A DNA stretch of 64,000 bases, taken from NCBI GenBank assembly GCA_963555995.3, contig OY821641.1, positions 3,552,001 to 3,616,000 on the forward strand. Reading direction: 5' to 3'. The stretch comes from Vicinamibacteria bacterium. GTDB taxonomy: Bacteria; Acidobacteriota; Vicinamibacteria; Marinacidobacterales; Marinacidobacteraceae. Positions 54,401 through 63,030 of this stretch are shown here, piece after piece. The position numbers and the translations under genes were made by a program. Under the pieces are notes generated by a model. The model was not told the DNA's origin, ran no database searches, and saw only the letters and a list, made by a program, of their open reading frames with translations. Numbering within the stretch: position 1 is the stretch's first letter; each line of letters opens with the position of its first letter.

Positions 54401-54728
54401 CGGCGGCGCCCAGCTCCAGCAGGAGGAAGCGGCGGGCGAGGCGCGCGGTCCCGAGCCCGCCGCCCGAGCGTCCGGCGAGGAGCGCCCCGAGGCCGAGCCC
54501 GCCGAGGAACATGGCGAGCACCAGCGTCACCGCGGCGTTCGTGGTGCCGAGCACCACGGCGAAGCGCCGCACCCAAACGATCTGGTAGGTCAGCGACGCG
54601 AACCCGGACAGCAGGAGCGCGACCGGGAGCGGCGCGACCACGGCAACGCCGCCGGATGTCCCGCTGGTTCTCCGCCCCACGGAGGCCGAGCGACGAGTGC
54701 CCGTGGGCTCAGTCCTCCCGGTCCGCAA
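51492..54728 (-). CDS. Fused MFS-like membrane/spermidine synthase protein with C-terminal TPRs
   Basis: SGFASLTYQIVW, LMGATLP, YAANTAG, IDGKVDA, GHGSGVT, ISEPSNPW and a TPR tail. The true start is probably downstream of 54728. Confidence 0.88.
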   Translation of the reverse strand: MRTGRTEPTGTRRSASVGRRTSGTSGGVAVVAPLPVALLLSGFASLTYQIVWVRRFAVVLGTTNAAVTLVLAMFLGGLGLGALLAGRSGGGLGTARLARRFLLLELGAAGFAAGLPLYLDGALPFVRAVAGPEGALLPAGAAAALFLLPAATLMGATLPTLTALARRVRDRGEAGAAGWLYAANTAGALLGSVAAARLLLPELGLTGSSLCGIAANLAAAALVFLPFRRAPAAPPARTARTPWFGGRAMLPFGGIAALSGFAAMSAEVAWARLAALLFGPTIYTFACVVASVILGVALGSAAAGRLAARGAGARAWLAAVQLGGAAASAGVAWLGSRLALPVGELVARHAADAPRLLDLQFLGAAAVLLLPAVAFGATFPLAVAGAAEARKGAADAGRATGTIYATNAAGNVAGALAAGFLVIPWFGIEAALLAAVLAQLGAALVAAPRAPALLPAGALAAAGVFATGSWDWEALSGGLYKAAPQLEASRHRDFLRRGRLRFLEQDAGATVSVKEVAGELSLAIDGKVDATDGADMLTQRMLAHLPLLLHPAPESVFVVGHGSGVTAGSALRHDVERVTAAEISPAVARASRLFEASNGAPWTDGRFTLREVDARNHLLFSDDPLNVVISEPSNPWMSGVSPLFTVEFFELVRSRLADGGLFCQWVHLYNLAEENLRTVVGGFTDVFPETALFVLHDGDALLIGSKGAFPAVPHSRIEERIVRLADELGPYGITDFPALRGWLTATTPSLADWAAAAPRHRDDHPILEFRAPLSVHAATAFRNRRALESLAAEPGFGSFGPAAPPAAGALVGRAGALLAAQNPDWALELARQALELDPDEPGAADAVVRASLASGRAEDGAAALRMALGAVPADGEAAAGLTVALARLLLGARQPDEAAAVLERGPAALVADRDALLLAAEVQIERGDPDSAEALALAVLQADPQDAQAAAWLAELSVRRGRLEEAAERSAAILSERPGTVRALRVRAVALAELGRTAAAREAFGALVRESPGLAFHWANFAAFEAAAENAPEAVRLYREAVDRDPSNLTAYRGLLEAATRAGDAEQVRRAREVLGGG

Positions 54729-55200
54729 GGAGGACCCGGAGGGCGAAGTCGCGGAGGTCCGCCTCCGGAGCGTCTTGCAGGGCTCGGATGAGTTCCTCCG
54801 CCTGATCCACGCTCTCGCGTGCGTCGGACGCGTTGAAGGTCGCGGAAGGATCGTAGTCGGCGCGGTGTCGTTTTCTCTGCAACTCCGCGAAACCGCTCGC
54901 GAAGATCTGGATTGCCTCCGGGTATGGGGCGATGACCCGCGGGTTGATGCACCGGCGCTTGGCGCGCCCGTGTTGAAGCGACCGGTAAACGGATTGCCGC
55001 GTTGGGGGCCGCAGGGGAACGCCCCGGTTCACGGCGAGCCGGTCGGCGCACATCCGGGCGAGGCAGTGGAACATCGCGTAGTACGCCGTGCTTACCGCCC
55101 GGCGGGCCGAGGCGCTGTCCTGTTCGTCCCGAGCGGCTTCGAGCAGCAGGCGGGCCGCAGCGAGGAGCTCCTCGGCGCGGAGTCCGTCAGTCCCGGGCAT
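54709..55200 (-). CDS. HEPN-domain protein
   Basis: RRAVSTAYYAMFH and RHRADY (RX4Y-type HEPN signature). Confidence 0.78.
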   Translation of the reverse strand: MPGTDGLRAEELLAAARLLLEAARDEQDSASARRAVSTAYYAMFHCLARMCADRLAVNRGVPLRPPTRQSVYRSLQHGRAKRRCINPRVIAPYPEAIQIFASGFAELQRKRHRADYDPSATFNASDARESVDQAEELIRALQDAPEADLRDFALRVLLADRED

Positions 55201-55474
55201 CGCTGGCGCGAAGAAACTCCGGATGCGGGAAACGGGTTTCGCCAATGGCCCAGAGGCGGTCCTGCATGTCCCTGATGAGTGGTACCGCCAAGCCCATCTT
55301 GCGACGGAGATCCTCGTCTTCCGGCCGGAAGAAGATCTCCACCACCAGGACCGGGTCACCGTCGTGATCGAGCTCGGGCCGGAGCCGGACGGCGGGAAAC
55401 TCGGTCCCCGGGAACCGGGAGCGCACTACCCGCGCCACCACATCCTCCAACTCGCGCCGCCGTTCCTCGGTCAT
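55187..55474 (-). CDS. Small partner of the HEPN gene (degenerate minimal-nucleotidyltransferase-like)
   Basis: 95 aa, DHDGDPVLVVEI motif, overlaps the HEPN gene start. Confidence 0.6.
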   Translation of the reverse strand: MTEERRRELEDVVARVVRSRFPGTEFPAVRLRPELDHDGDPVLVVEIFFRPEDEDLRRKMGLAVPLIRDMQDRLWAIGETRFPHPEFLRASDARD

Positions 55475-55535
55475 CCGGAACCATCCTCCAATTCGGGATC
55501 GGCAGCTTAGCAGTCCGAAACGGCGCGCGGGCGCC

Positions 55536-56615
55536 TCAGCGCGCGCCGCCCGGGTCCGCGCCGCCGCCCGGCCGGTGGAGGTAGCCGCTCCGGGCGCGGA
55601 CGTTCGCTCCCTCCCGGTTCACCGTCACCCGCAGGCTCCGCCAGCCCGGAGGCTCGTTCGGGTCGGGCGCGAAGGCGAGCACGTAGCGGGACCGCATCTC
55701 CTCGAGGATCTCCCCGTAGGCGGCGAGCAGCCGCCCCTCGTCGCGGCTCTGGACCAGCCGGCCGCCGCTCAGTTCGGTGACGTGCCGGAGCAACTGGAGT
55801 TCCGAGGGGGCCCGCATCCCGGCGCGCGGCCGGCTGGCGCGGCGGGGGCCGTCGAGCAGCATCTCGAGTTCGTCGGTGGCGATCCCGCCGTTCATCCGCC
55901 GGATGCCGATGCGCCGGCGGCGGGCCACCGATGGCGGGACGTAGTCGTTGTTCCGGTAGCGGTACTGTCGGCGGGTGGTGCCGCGGGCGTCGGGGGGAAT
56001 TACCGTGTAGAGCAGCGCCTCGCTGCCCAGGAGCGCGGGCTCGACAAAGCCCTCCGGGGTCCAGCTCATGGTGTCGTCGCCGTCGGTGAAGACGATGACG
56101 ACGGTCCGGCCCGGTTCTCCCTCGACGAGCGCCGTGGAGAGCAGCAGCGCGTCCCAGAGCGCCGTCCCGCCGATGACGGCCTCTTCGGGGAACGGGTTCG
56201 GAGGGAGCTCGGAGCAGCCGGTGAAGTCATGGGTGAGTTCGGGCTGCGAGCTGAACGTCATCACCGCGCAGCGGTCGGTCCCCGCCAGTTGGCCGGAGAA
56301 CTGCCGGGCCGCCGACGCCAGCAGTTGCCGCCGTTCCCGCGTCACGCTCTCGCTCATGTCCATGACGAAGAGCACCGAGACCGGCAGGTCCTCCAGCGGC
56401 ACCAGCCGGACCTCCCGCGGCGCGCCTCCGTCCAGCAGGACGAAATCCGCCGCGCTCAGCCCCGCCAGCGGGCGGTTCCCCTCAGTGACCACCACGTCCA
56501 CGAGGACCTCTTCCACGGTCACCCGGAAACGGACCTGCGCGGGCGCGGCGATGGCCGGCAGGAGGAAGAAGCCGGCGGCGATCAGCAGTCGCCGCGTGAC
56601 GGAGTGCATCCTCAT
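55536..56615 (-). CDS. VWA-domain protein, Acidobacterial type
   Basis: EVLVDVVVT...GLSAADF, DMSES MIDAS motif, GTALWDA, FTDGDD and VRARSGY. Confidence 0.88.
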   Translation of the reverse strand: MRMHSVTRRLLIAAGFFLLPAIAAPAQVRFRVTVEEVLVDVVVTEGNRPLAGLSAADFVLLDGGAPREVRLVPLEDLPVSVLFVMDMSESVTRERRQLLASAARQFSGQLAGTDRCAVMTFSSQPELTHDFTGCSELPPNPFPEEAVIGGTALWDALLLSTALVEGEPGRTVVIVFTDGDDTMSWTPEGFVEPALLGSEALLYTVIPPDARGTTRRQYRYRNNDYVPPSVARRRRIGIRRMNGGIATDELEMLLDGPRRASRPRAGMRAPSELQLLRHVTELSGGRLVQSRDEGRLLAAYGEILEEMRSRYVLAFAPDPNEPPGWRSLRVTVNREGANVRARSGYLHRPGGGADPGGAR

Positions 56616-57607
56616 TCCCGCGGCAACAGGACCAGCCCCCGGAGCAGGTCGAGGCGCCCGGTCTCGTCCGCGAGCGACTGCACGAGGAAGTGCCACCAGG
56701 TGTCCTGGCCGTTGGTCCCGGAAAGGAAGCTGCGGACGGCTTCGGCGGCGCGGCGACCGTCCCCGCGTGTCTGGCGGGCCGCGGCGAGTCCGGCGGCGGC
56801 GGATACGGAGCCGACGTGGATCGCCTGGGCCTGCTCGAAGGCGCCTTCCGCCTCCGCCGTCCGGTCGAGCCAGAGCAGGGTCTCGCCGCGCAGGAGCAGG
56901 GACACGTAGCGATGCCGGGCGCTCAGGTCGTTCCCGGCCTCGTCGAGCCGCTGGAGGGCTGCTTCCGGGTTGCCCTCGCGCAGCGTGAGATGGGCGATCC
57001 GCAGCCGGAGTTCCGCCGCGTCGCCGATGCCCTCGTCCACGAGGTCTCCGTATCGCTCCTGGGCCTGGTCGAGGAAGCGCTCGTCGTGGATCCCCCAGCC
57101 GATGAACTCGGCGAGGCGCGCGAGGCTGATGCGCACCACGGGGTGGTCCGCGTACTCCACCCGGAGGAACCGGGCGACCCGCACCGCGTCGTCGAGCCGC
57201 CCCTGGTCCACGTAGATCCCGAGCAGCCCCAGGTGGGCGTCGCGGGTCCAGGGGTCGCGCCGGGCGTCGCCGACCCGGTCCAGCAGACGCCGTCCGTGGC
57301 TCTCGTTCTTCTCGGGCTCGAGTTCGGCCGCCCACGCGAGATCGAAGTGGATCATGGCGCCGGCGAGCAGAGCGACGTCGGATCCGCCGCCGCTCCCGGG
57401 CAACGCATCGAAGTGCGCCGTGGCCTGATCGCGCAGCCGGTCGGCCGGGAAGGCCATGCTGGCGCGGAGCGCCGCCGCGAAGTCGCCGCTGCGGTACACG
57501 GCGAGCCGCGACGCGTAGGCGTCGAGGTTCCGCTGCTGCGCGTCCGCCCCGGCGGGGATCAGGCAGGCGAGGGCCGCCGAGGCCGCGAGGCTCGCGATGT
57601 TCCGCAT
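56612..57607 (-). CDS. Secreted TPR-like protein
   Basis: Signal peptide MRNIASLAA and helical repeats. Coupled to the VWA gene by an ATGA overlap. Confidence 0.7.
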   Translation of the reverse strand: MRNIASLAASAALACLIPAGADAQQRNLDAYASRLAVYRSGDFAAALRASMAFPADRLRDQATAHFDALPGSGGGSDVALLAGAMIHFDLAWAAELEPEKNESHGRRLLDRVGDARRDPWTRDAHLGLLGIYVDQGRLDDAVRVARFLRVEYADHPVVRISLARLAEFIGWGIHDERFLDQAQERYGDLVDEGIGDAAELRLRIAHLTLREGNPEAALQRLDEAGNDLSARHRYVSLLLRGETLLWLDRTAEAEGAFEQAQAIHVGSVSAAAGLAAARQTRGDGRRAAEAVRSFLSGTNGQDTWWHFLVQSLADETGRLDLLRGLVLLPRE

Positions 57608-57734
57608 CCGATCTCCGATCGTTTCGCAAGCAAGGACGGAGCCATTCTCCCACCCGCACCGCTGGGTCGCGGTACCATCGCCTGTTGTCCCGGTTGCCGT
57701 TTCAACGGCCCTGGCCCGGGACCCAGGAGGCCCC

Positions 57735-59027
57735 ATGTCCCTCGAACATCGTTCCTTTCGCCTGGCCGGCGGAGTGCTGGCCGTGCTGGTCGCCGCCCTT
57801 GCCGCCGGTTGCGGCGGCGGCGCCGAAGAGCCCGCCCCGATGACCGAAGAAGAGCGCGTCGAGGCCGAGGCCCGCCGCATCCACGACGCGGTGATGACCC
57901 TCTGCACCCACATTGACATCCCCTTCACCTACGCGACCGAGGAGGTGGACCCCGGGAACGTCAACGAGGACTACCAGGTGGACTACCCCCGGATGCAGGA
58001 GGGCGGCCTCGACGCGGGGTTCTTCGTCGTCTATTTCGGCCAGCGGGAGCGGACCCCGGAGAACTACGAGGCGGCCCGGGAAGGGGCGATGACCAAGTTC
58101 GACGCCATCCACCGCGCCACCTCGATGCACGCGGACGTGATCGAACTCGCCTACAGCGCGGACGACGCAGAGCGCATCCACGCCGAGGGGAAGCTGGTCG
58201 CCATGATCGGCACCGAGAACGGCTTCGTGATCGGCAAGGACCTGTCGCTCATGGAGAGGTACCACGAGCTCGGCGCCCGCTACTTCGGCCTGGTCCACAA
58301 CGGACATAACGACATCTCCGATTCCTGCAATCCGCGGGAGGACCTCGGGGACGCCGAGGCGGAGCACGGCGGGCTCAGCGAGTTCGGCCGGGACGTGATC
58401 GCCGAGGCGAACCGGCTGGGCATCCTGGTGGACGTCTCGCACGCCTCCAAGGACGCCATCCTGCAGGCGGCGGAGGTCTCGGCCGCGCCGATCATCGCCT
58501 CGCACTCGAGCACCACGGCGGTCGCCGACGTCTCCCGGAACATGGACGACGAGCAGCTCCGCGCGCTCGCCGCAAACGGCGGGGTGATGCAGACGGTGGC
58601 GCTCCGCAGTTTCGTCAAGACCGACCCGCCCGAGAAGACCGCGGCCATCGCCGACGCCATGGCGGAGTTCGGCGTCTCCTCCTTCGGCGAGATCGGCACG
58701 CTGAGCGAGGAGGACCAGGAGGCCCTGCGGACCCGGCTGACGGACATCAGCGCCGAGTTCCCGGTCACCGTGGGTGACTTCGTGGACCACATTGACCACG
58801 CGGTCGAGGTGATGGGGATTGATCACGTCGGCATCTCGTCGGACTTCGACGGCGGCGGCGGGGTGGACGGCTGGGACGACGCGTCCGAGACCTTCAACGT
58901 GACCCTCGAACTCGTCAAGCGCGGTTACACCGAGGACCAGATCGCCCAGCTCTGGAGCGGGAACACCATGCGGATCCTGCGCGAGGCGGAGCGGATCGCG
59001 GCGGAGATGCAGGCCGAGGGTTCGTGA
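57735..59027 (+). CDS. Membrane dipeptidase (peptidase M19), lipoprotein
   Basis: LAAGC lipobox, THID, IGTENG, LVDVSH, IIASHS, DHIDH and GISSDFDG. Confidence 0.92.
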   Translation: MSLEHRSFRLAGGVLAVLVAALAAGCGGGAEEPAPMTEEERVEAEARRIHDAVMTLCTHIDIPFTYATEEVDPGNVNEDYQVDYPRMQEGGLDAGFFVVYFGQRERTPENYEAAREGAMTKFDAIHRATSMHADVIELAYSADDAERIHAEGKLVAMIGTENGFVIGKDLSLMERYHELGARYFGLVHNGHNDISDSCNPREDLGDAEAEHGGLSEFGRDVIAEANRLGILVDVSHASKDAILQAAEVSAAPIIASHSSTTAVADVSRNMDDEQLRALAANGGVMQTVALRSFVKTDPPEKTAAIADAMAEFGVSSFGEIGTLSEEDQEALRTRLTDISAEFPVTVGDFVDHIDHAVEVMGIDHVGISSDFDGGGGVDGWDDASETFNVTLELVKRGYTEDQIAQLWSGNTMRILREAERIAAEMQAEGS

Positions 59028-60199
59028 GCAGGGAGCGCCGGTCTTCAGACCGGCACCGTCGCCCGCAGGGCGACGAACGCACTCCGCTATCCGCCCATAC
59101 AGCGCCGCGTTCCACCCAGTCCCCCGCGGAGTTCAACCAGGAGCTCCGCGCCTACGAACAGGTCGCGAAGCTCCAGCGCTACCGGCTCGCGGAGGACGCC
59201 GCGGAGGAGTTCGACGAGGACTTCGTCCTGCGGCCCTGCGATCTCTCGCTGCTGGACGCGCCGGGCGCCGCCGGCCGCGAACGGTTCATCCGCGACCTCG
59301 GCGAATCGCTTGAGGACACCGGCTTCGCCATCCTCACCGGCCACGGCGTGCCTCCGGCGCTCTACGCGGAGGCCCACCGCCGCACGCGGGAGTTCTTCGA
59401 GGCTCACCCGCTGGAAGTGAAGCAGCGCTACCGGGCGCGGCGGCAGGGGTCCGTGAACCAGGGCTACTTCCCGATGCGGGAGACCACGGTGATCCACCCG
59501 GACCTCGTGGAGGGCTGGGTCTTCTGCCGCCGCGCCTTCGATCTGGGCGAGAACCCGGAATGGGACGAGGCGCCGTTCTGGCCCTCACCGGGCTGGGAGG
59601 CCTTCTTCCGGCAGGTGGTGGTCGCCCACGAGCGGCTGATCCACCCGATCATGCGGTCCATCCTTGGCTACCTGGGCGAGGCCCCCACGCTCTTCGACGA
59701 CCGGCTCACCGCCACCAACTTCGGCTTCCGGCTGAACTACTACCCGCCGCTGACCGACGTTCCGGAAGGAACCACCGGCAGGATGCTCGGCCACGAGGAC
59801 GTGGACCTCTTCACCATCCTCCCCGCCGCCGAGACCGAGGGCCTGCAGCTTCTCCACCGCAAGACCATGAAGTGGGTGCGGGTCGCCGCGCCGCCGGGCG
59901 CCATCGTCCTGAACACCGGCGACTACATGCAGCGGATCACCAACAACCGGCTCCCCTCCACCACCCACCGGGTGAGCGCGCCCCGCGACCCGGAGCAGCG
60001 GCTCCGCCCCCGCACCTCCTTCCCCATGGCGATCTACGTCTGGGAGGACGAGATCCTCGAAGTCCTCCCCAACCAGGGCGCCCCGCTCTACCCCCCGGTC
60101 CGCGCCGAGGACTTCCACACCCGCATCACCAGCAAGTACTACGGCGACAGCTACCACACCACCGGCGAGGAAGGCCCCGTCTCCCACCGCACCCGGTAG
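59024..60199 (+). CDS. 2-oxoglutarate/Fe(II) oxygenase, isopenicillin N synthase family
   Basis: GFAILTGHGV, RLNYYPP, HED, NTGDYMQRITN, STTHRV and RTS. Confidence 0.9.
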   Translation: MSRERRSSDRHRRPQGDERTPLSAHTAPRSTQSPAEFNQELRAYEQVAKLQRYRLAEDAAEEFDEDFVLRPCDLSLLDAPGAAGRERFIRDLGESLEDTGFAILTGHGVPPALYAEAHRRTREFFEAHPLEVKQRYRARRQGSVNQGYFPMRETTVIHPDLVEGWVFCRRAFDLGENPEWDEAPFWPSPGWEAFFRQVVVAHERLIHPIMRSILGYLGEAPTLFDDRLTATNFGFRLNYYPPLTDVPEGTTGRMLGHEDVDLFTILPAAETEGLQLLHRKTMKWVRVAAPPGAIVLNTGDYMQRITNNRLPSTTHRVSAPRDPEQRLRPRTSFPMAIYVWEDEILEVLPNQGAPLYPPVRAEDFHTRITSKYYGDSYHTTGEEGPVSHRTR

Positions 60200-60275
60200 C
60201 GCCCCGGGACCGCCGGCCAGTTGCCGTGAAAGTCGGTTCCGCGCGTTCTCCAACAGCCGTGATGGCACCACCGGC

Positions 60276-60479
60276 TTGGAACGCCGGCTTCAGCCGGCAC
60301 CCGCTGCGCGAAGCGCAGCGGAACGACGTACGGCTGCTGCCCGCGTGGTGCGTGGTCAGGCGAGGCGCCACCGAAAGAACGGGTCTCCGGCGTTTCCTGC
60401 ACTTCGTGCCATCCGGGCGGATGAGATCCTTCCCGCCGCCCGCCTTCGGCGGGCTGTGCCGGCTGAAGCCGGCGCTCCC
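60276..60479. repeat. Inverted REP doublet
   Basis: 60276-60300 (+) and 60456-60479 (-), both short-stem variant. Confidence 0.82.
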
Positions 60480-60519
60480 AGCCGTTTCGCCGCTCTCCAT
60501 GACCGGCGGGTTGCGCAGG

Positions 60520-60564
60520 AGCAATGGTCAAACCCGCCGGAGCAATGGTCAAAGCAATGGTCAA
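60520..60564. repeat. Three AGCAATGGTCAA direct repeats
   Basis: Starts at 60520, 60541 and 60553. Confidence 0.8.
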
Positions 60565-60697
60565 TTCGCCCCGAGCTCCGGATCTCGCGAGGGTCGAGCT
60601 TCTCGGTAGCGTGACTCTTCGAGTGGGCGGGTCCCGCGAAAGGCGGGCGCTTGTGGATCCGGAGCAAACCGGCCCGATTCGCGGTGGGCTCGCCAGG

Positions 60698-61612
60698 CTA
60701 CTGCCTGCGCCGATCCCGGGTGACAGCTGGTGCCTCGTGCGGCTCCGGCCGGGGGAGGGTTGTGATTGCGACTTGCGTGTCAGGATTCGGGTCCCGATTG
60801 GGGTCGACAAGATGGCCGGCCGGGAATGTGACGGAGACGGCCGGGTCGGCCGTGTCGAGGCACAAAAGGTGGTTGTTGTCATTGTCGCCGAGCTCCGCGA
60901 GCGCCGCCGGGGCGGTCTCGTCGCGCGTGCCGTCTGGACGCTCCACGGTCACGCGATAGAGCACCCGCTCGGCGTCGCCGGGGTCGTCGCCGTTCGGCAG
61001 CCGGACGCCGCCGGCCCAGGTCACCCGGACCACCTGTCGGGCGCCTGCCGGACAGGCGGACCCGCGGCCCGACACGGACCATTCGTCCTCGGGGACGACC
61101 TCCGCCAGCACGAGGGTGGGCCCGGCCTCAAGCGGAATGACTTGCGTCCCCGTACCGCGAAAATTCACCGGACGGCCCGTCATGCCGTCCGAGAGCAGGT
61201 CAGCGACAACGAGCACCTTCACCGGAGGGTCGTTGGCAGCGTCGCCGAACTCGCCGATGAGGAGCACGGTTCTGAGCTCGCCGGGATCGCGGGCCGGCGC
61301 GAGCGTCACGCACAAGGGCGTGCGTTCGGCCCCGGACCGCGTGAAAACGCGGAAGTCCTCGGGCTGGAGGGATTCCGGGGCGATCGTATGAGACAGCACG
61401 ACCGGCATGCCGTCCTGTCCGGTCGCGCCCGGGCAGATGAGATTGATCCCGACGCCTAGGCCGTTGTCCAGTCCGTAGAAAGCCGACAGCAGGCGCGCAG
61501 GCCTCGTTACGGCTGGCCGGGGCTCCTGCGAACGGCACGGCGCCGCAGCCAGGCTCGCGGTTGCCAAGACCACGGCGGCCCGCCATGGAGCACGGCCGGA
61601 GGGCTTCATCAT
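60698..61612 (-). CDS. Secreted hypothetical protein
   Basis: Signal-peptide-like N-terminus, then LLSAFYGLDN...DGMPVV...ELRTVLLIG...DNNHLLCL. No function recognised. Confidence 0.7.
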   Translation of the reverse strand: MMKPSGRAPWRAAVVLATASLAAAPCRSQEPRPAVTRPARLLSAFYGLDNGLGVGINLICPGATGQDGMPVVLSHTIAPESLQPEDFRVFTRSGAERTPLCVTLAPARDPGELRTVLLIGEFGDAANDPPVKVLVVADLLSDGMTGRPVNFRGTGTQVIPLEAGPTLVLAEVVPEDEWSVSGRGSACPAGARQVVRVTWAGGVRLPNGDDPGDAERVLYRVTVERPDGTRDETAPAALAELGDNDNNHLLCLDTADPAVSVTFPAGHLVDPNRDPNPDTQVAITTLPRPEPHEAPAVTRDRRRQ

Positions 61613-62062
61613 GATCGAGACTCAGATTTCCGCTTTGGTCCGCCGGTCGGGCTCAAGATACCGGAACCACATCTGTGATTCACAGGATCTTAGCAGCGTG
61701 TTCACTTGCCGTCCTCTTTCTGCCAGCTGTCGCGACCGTCGAAACGGGGCCGCCGTTGACTTCGCTCCGAGCAGAATTGCGCCGCGAGCCTGCTGGCCGC
61801 TCGAACAGGCTAGGTTTCGGGAATGCACGAAATACGAACCTCGCCCAGACGCAATCAGGCCTGTTGTTGAAGCGGCGCGACAAATTGCACACATCTGGAG
61901 GGAGATCCGCCGCGGGTTGCGCGGACTCCCCCTTGCGTTGCGATGGGGATTGATTGTCGGAAGCCGCGTTACAAGACGCTCGCTCCAGCGGCGGCGCCCG
62001 GCACGGCGCATGAGGACGCGCCCCCAGCGGCTACCAAGAATCCGCAAGTCAAACCGCGCGGG

Positions 62063-62094
62063 AGCAATGGTCAAACGCTCCCGAGCAATGGTCA
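62063..62094. repeat. Two AGCAATGGTCA direct repeats
   Basis: Starts at 62063 and 62083, same orientation as the 60520 cluster. Confidence 0.75.
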
Positions 62095-62197
62095 TTCCCG
62101 TCGGTCAGGCGACAGATAAAACTGGGCCACCCCAGCCGGTGATGCGGGACGACGGCTACCCGGCCGGCGCGGGATCCCGGGCGGGCGGCGGCCCGAA

Positions 62198-62599
62198 TCA
62201 GCGGACGGTACGGACCTCGATGCCGGGCAGAGCGAGTTCGAGCCAGATGCGGTCGGCGGTGAGCGCCGGGACGCCGAGCGCGGCAGCGGTGACGAGGCAG
62301 GCCCGGTCTCCGAGGCCAAGCCCGAACGCCGCCGTCGCCGGCCGCAGAGCGCCGCTTTGCAGCCCGGCTTCGGCATCGAAGGGGAGGAAGGCCACGCCGA
62401 AGTCGCTCCGCAGAGTTCGCACCATGACTTGCACATCCTCCGAGGGCCATTCCTGTTGATGGAGCCGCGCGGCGACCTCCGCGAGGTTCACCGTCGAGAT
62501 CGCCGCGCCGTCCCGCAGGGCGTCCGCGACGACGTCCGCTCCGGGTTCGTCGTGAATCAGGGCCAGGAGCGCCGAAGCGTCGAGGACCCAGCGCGCCAT
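62198..62599 (-). CDS. vapC: PIN-domain (VapC) toxin
   Basis: VLDASALLA, STVNLAEV, LGLGDRACL and LTADR. Confidence 0.9.
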   Translation of the reverse strand: MARWVLDASALLALIHDEPGADVVADALRDGAAISTVNLAEVAARLHQQEWPSEDVQVMVRTLRSDFGVAFLPFDAEAGLQSGALRPATAAFGLGLGDRACLVTAAALGVPALTADRIWLELALPGIEVRTVR

Positions 62600-62600
62600 G

Positions 62601-62906
62601 TCATTCCTTCGCCGCTTCCGCGCGCCGCTCAGCGAGAAAGGCATCCACCTCCCGACGCCTGCCTCCGCCGTGTTTCCGGGCGAGCGCCTGGAGCGTCGTT
62701 ACCGCCGTGTCCATCGCCGCCTCGGCCGTCGTCAGCCGCAGGCTCGATCCTTCGAGAGTGAGGCGCACCTTCTGGCGTTTGGCGAAGCCGAGAGCGGCGC
62801 GGAGATGCGTGGGGACGACCAGCCGCCCCGCCGAATCCACGACCGCCCAGTCGGTATTCGTCCTGGCTCTCGATCTTGTCGTGCCAGATCGTCTCTTATC
62901 TACCAT
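62601..62906 (-). CDS. AbrB/MazE/SpoVT-family antitoxin
   Basis: VDSAGRLVVPTHLRAALGF...VDAFLAERRAEA. Directly upstream of vapC. Confidence 0.85.
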   Translation of the reverse strand: MVDKRRSGTTRSRARTNTDWAVVDSAGRLVVPTHLRAALGFAKRQKVRLTLEGSSLRLTTAEAAMDTAVTTLQALARKHGGGRRREVDAFLAERRAEAAKE

Positions 62907-63030
62907 GACACTTGGACCCTACCATGAAATACCTTGTGCCCCAGCTCGGGCTTCCTGTTCCAGATGACGTTTGGCCGGGAGCTCCCCCGGGGATGGCGCT
63001 CGGCAGCTTGCAACGCCGCCCCGGCGCCGC

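Noticed and set aside
39419-54791. Very long alternative ORFs (39419-42565, 45802-49005, 51357-54791 and similar)
   Set aside because: These are antisense or off-frame shadows of well-supported genes, expected at high GC, and have no motifs.
61620-62050. More AT-rich intergenic stretch with several short ORFs
   Set aside because: No recognisable protein motif or RNA fold by eye.
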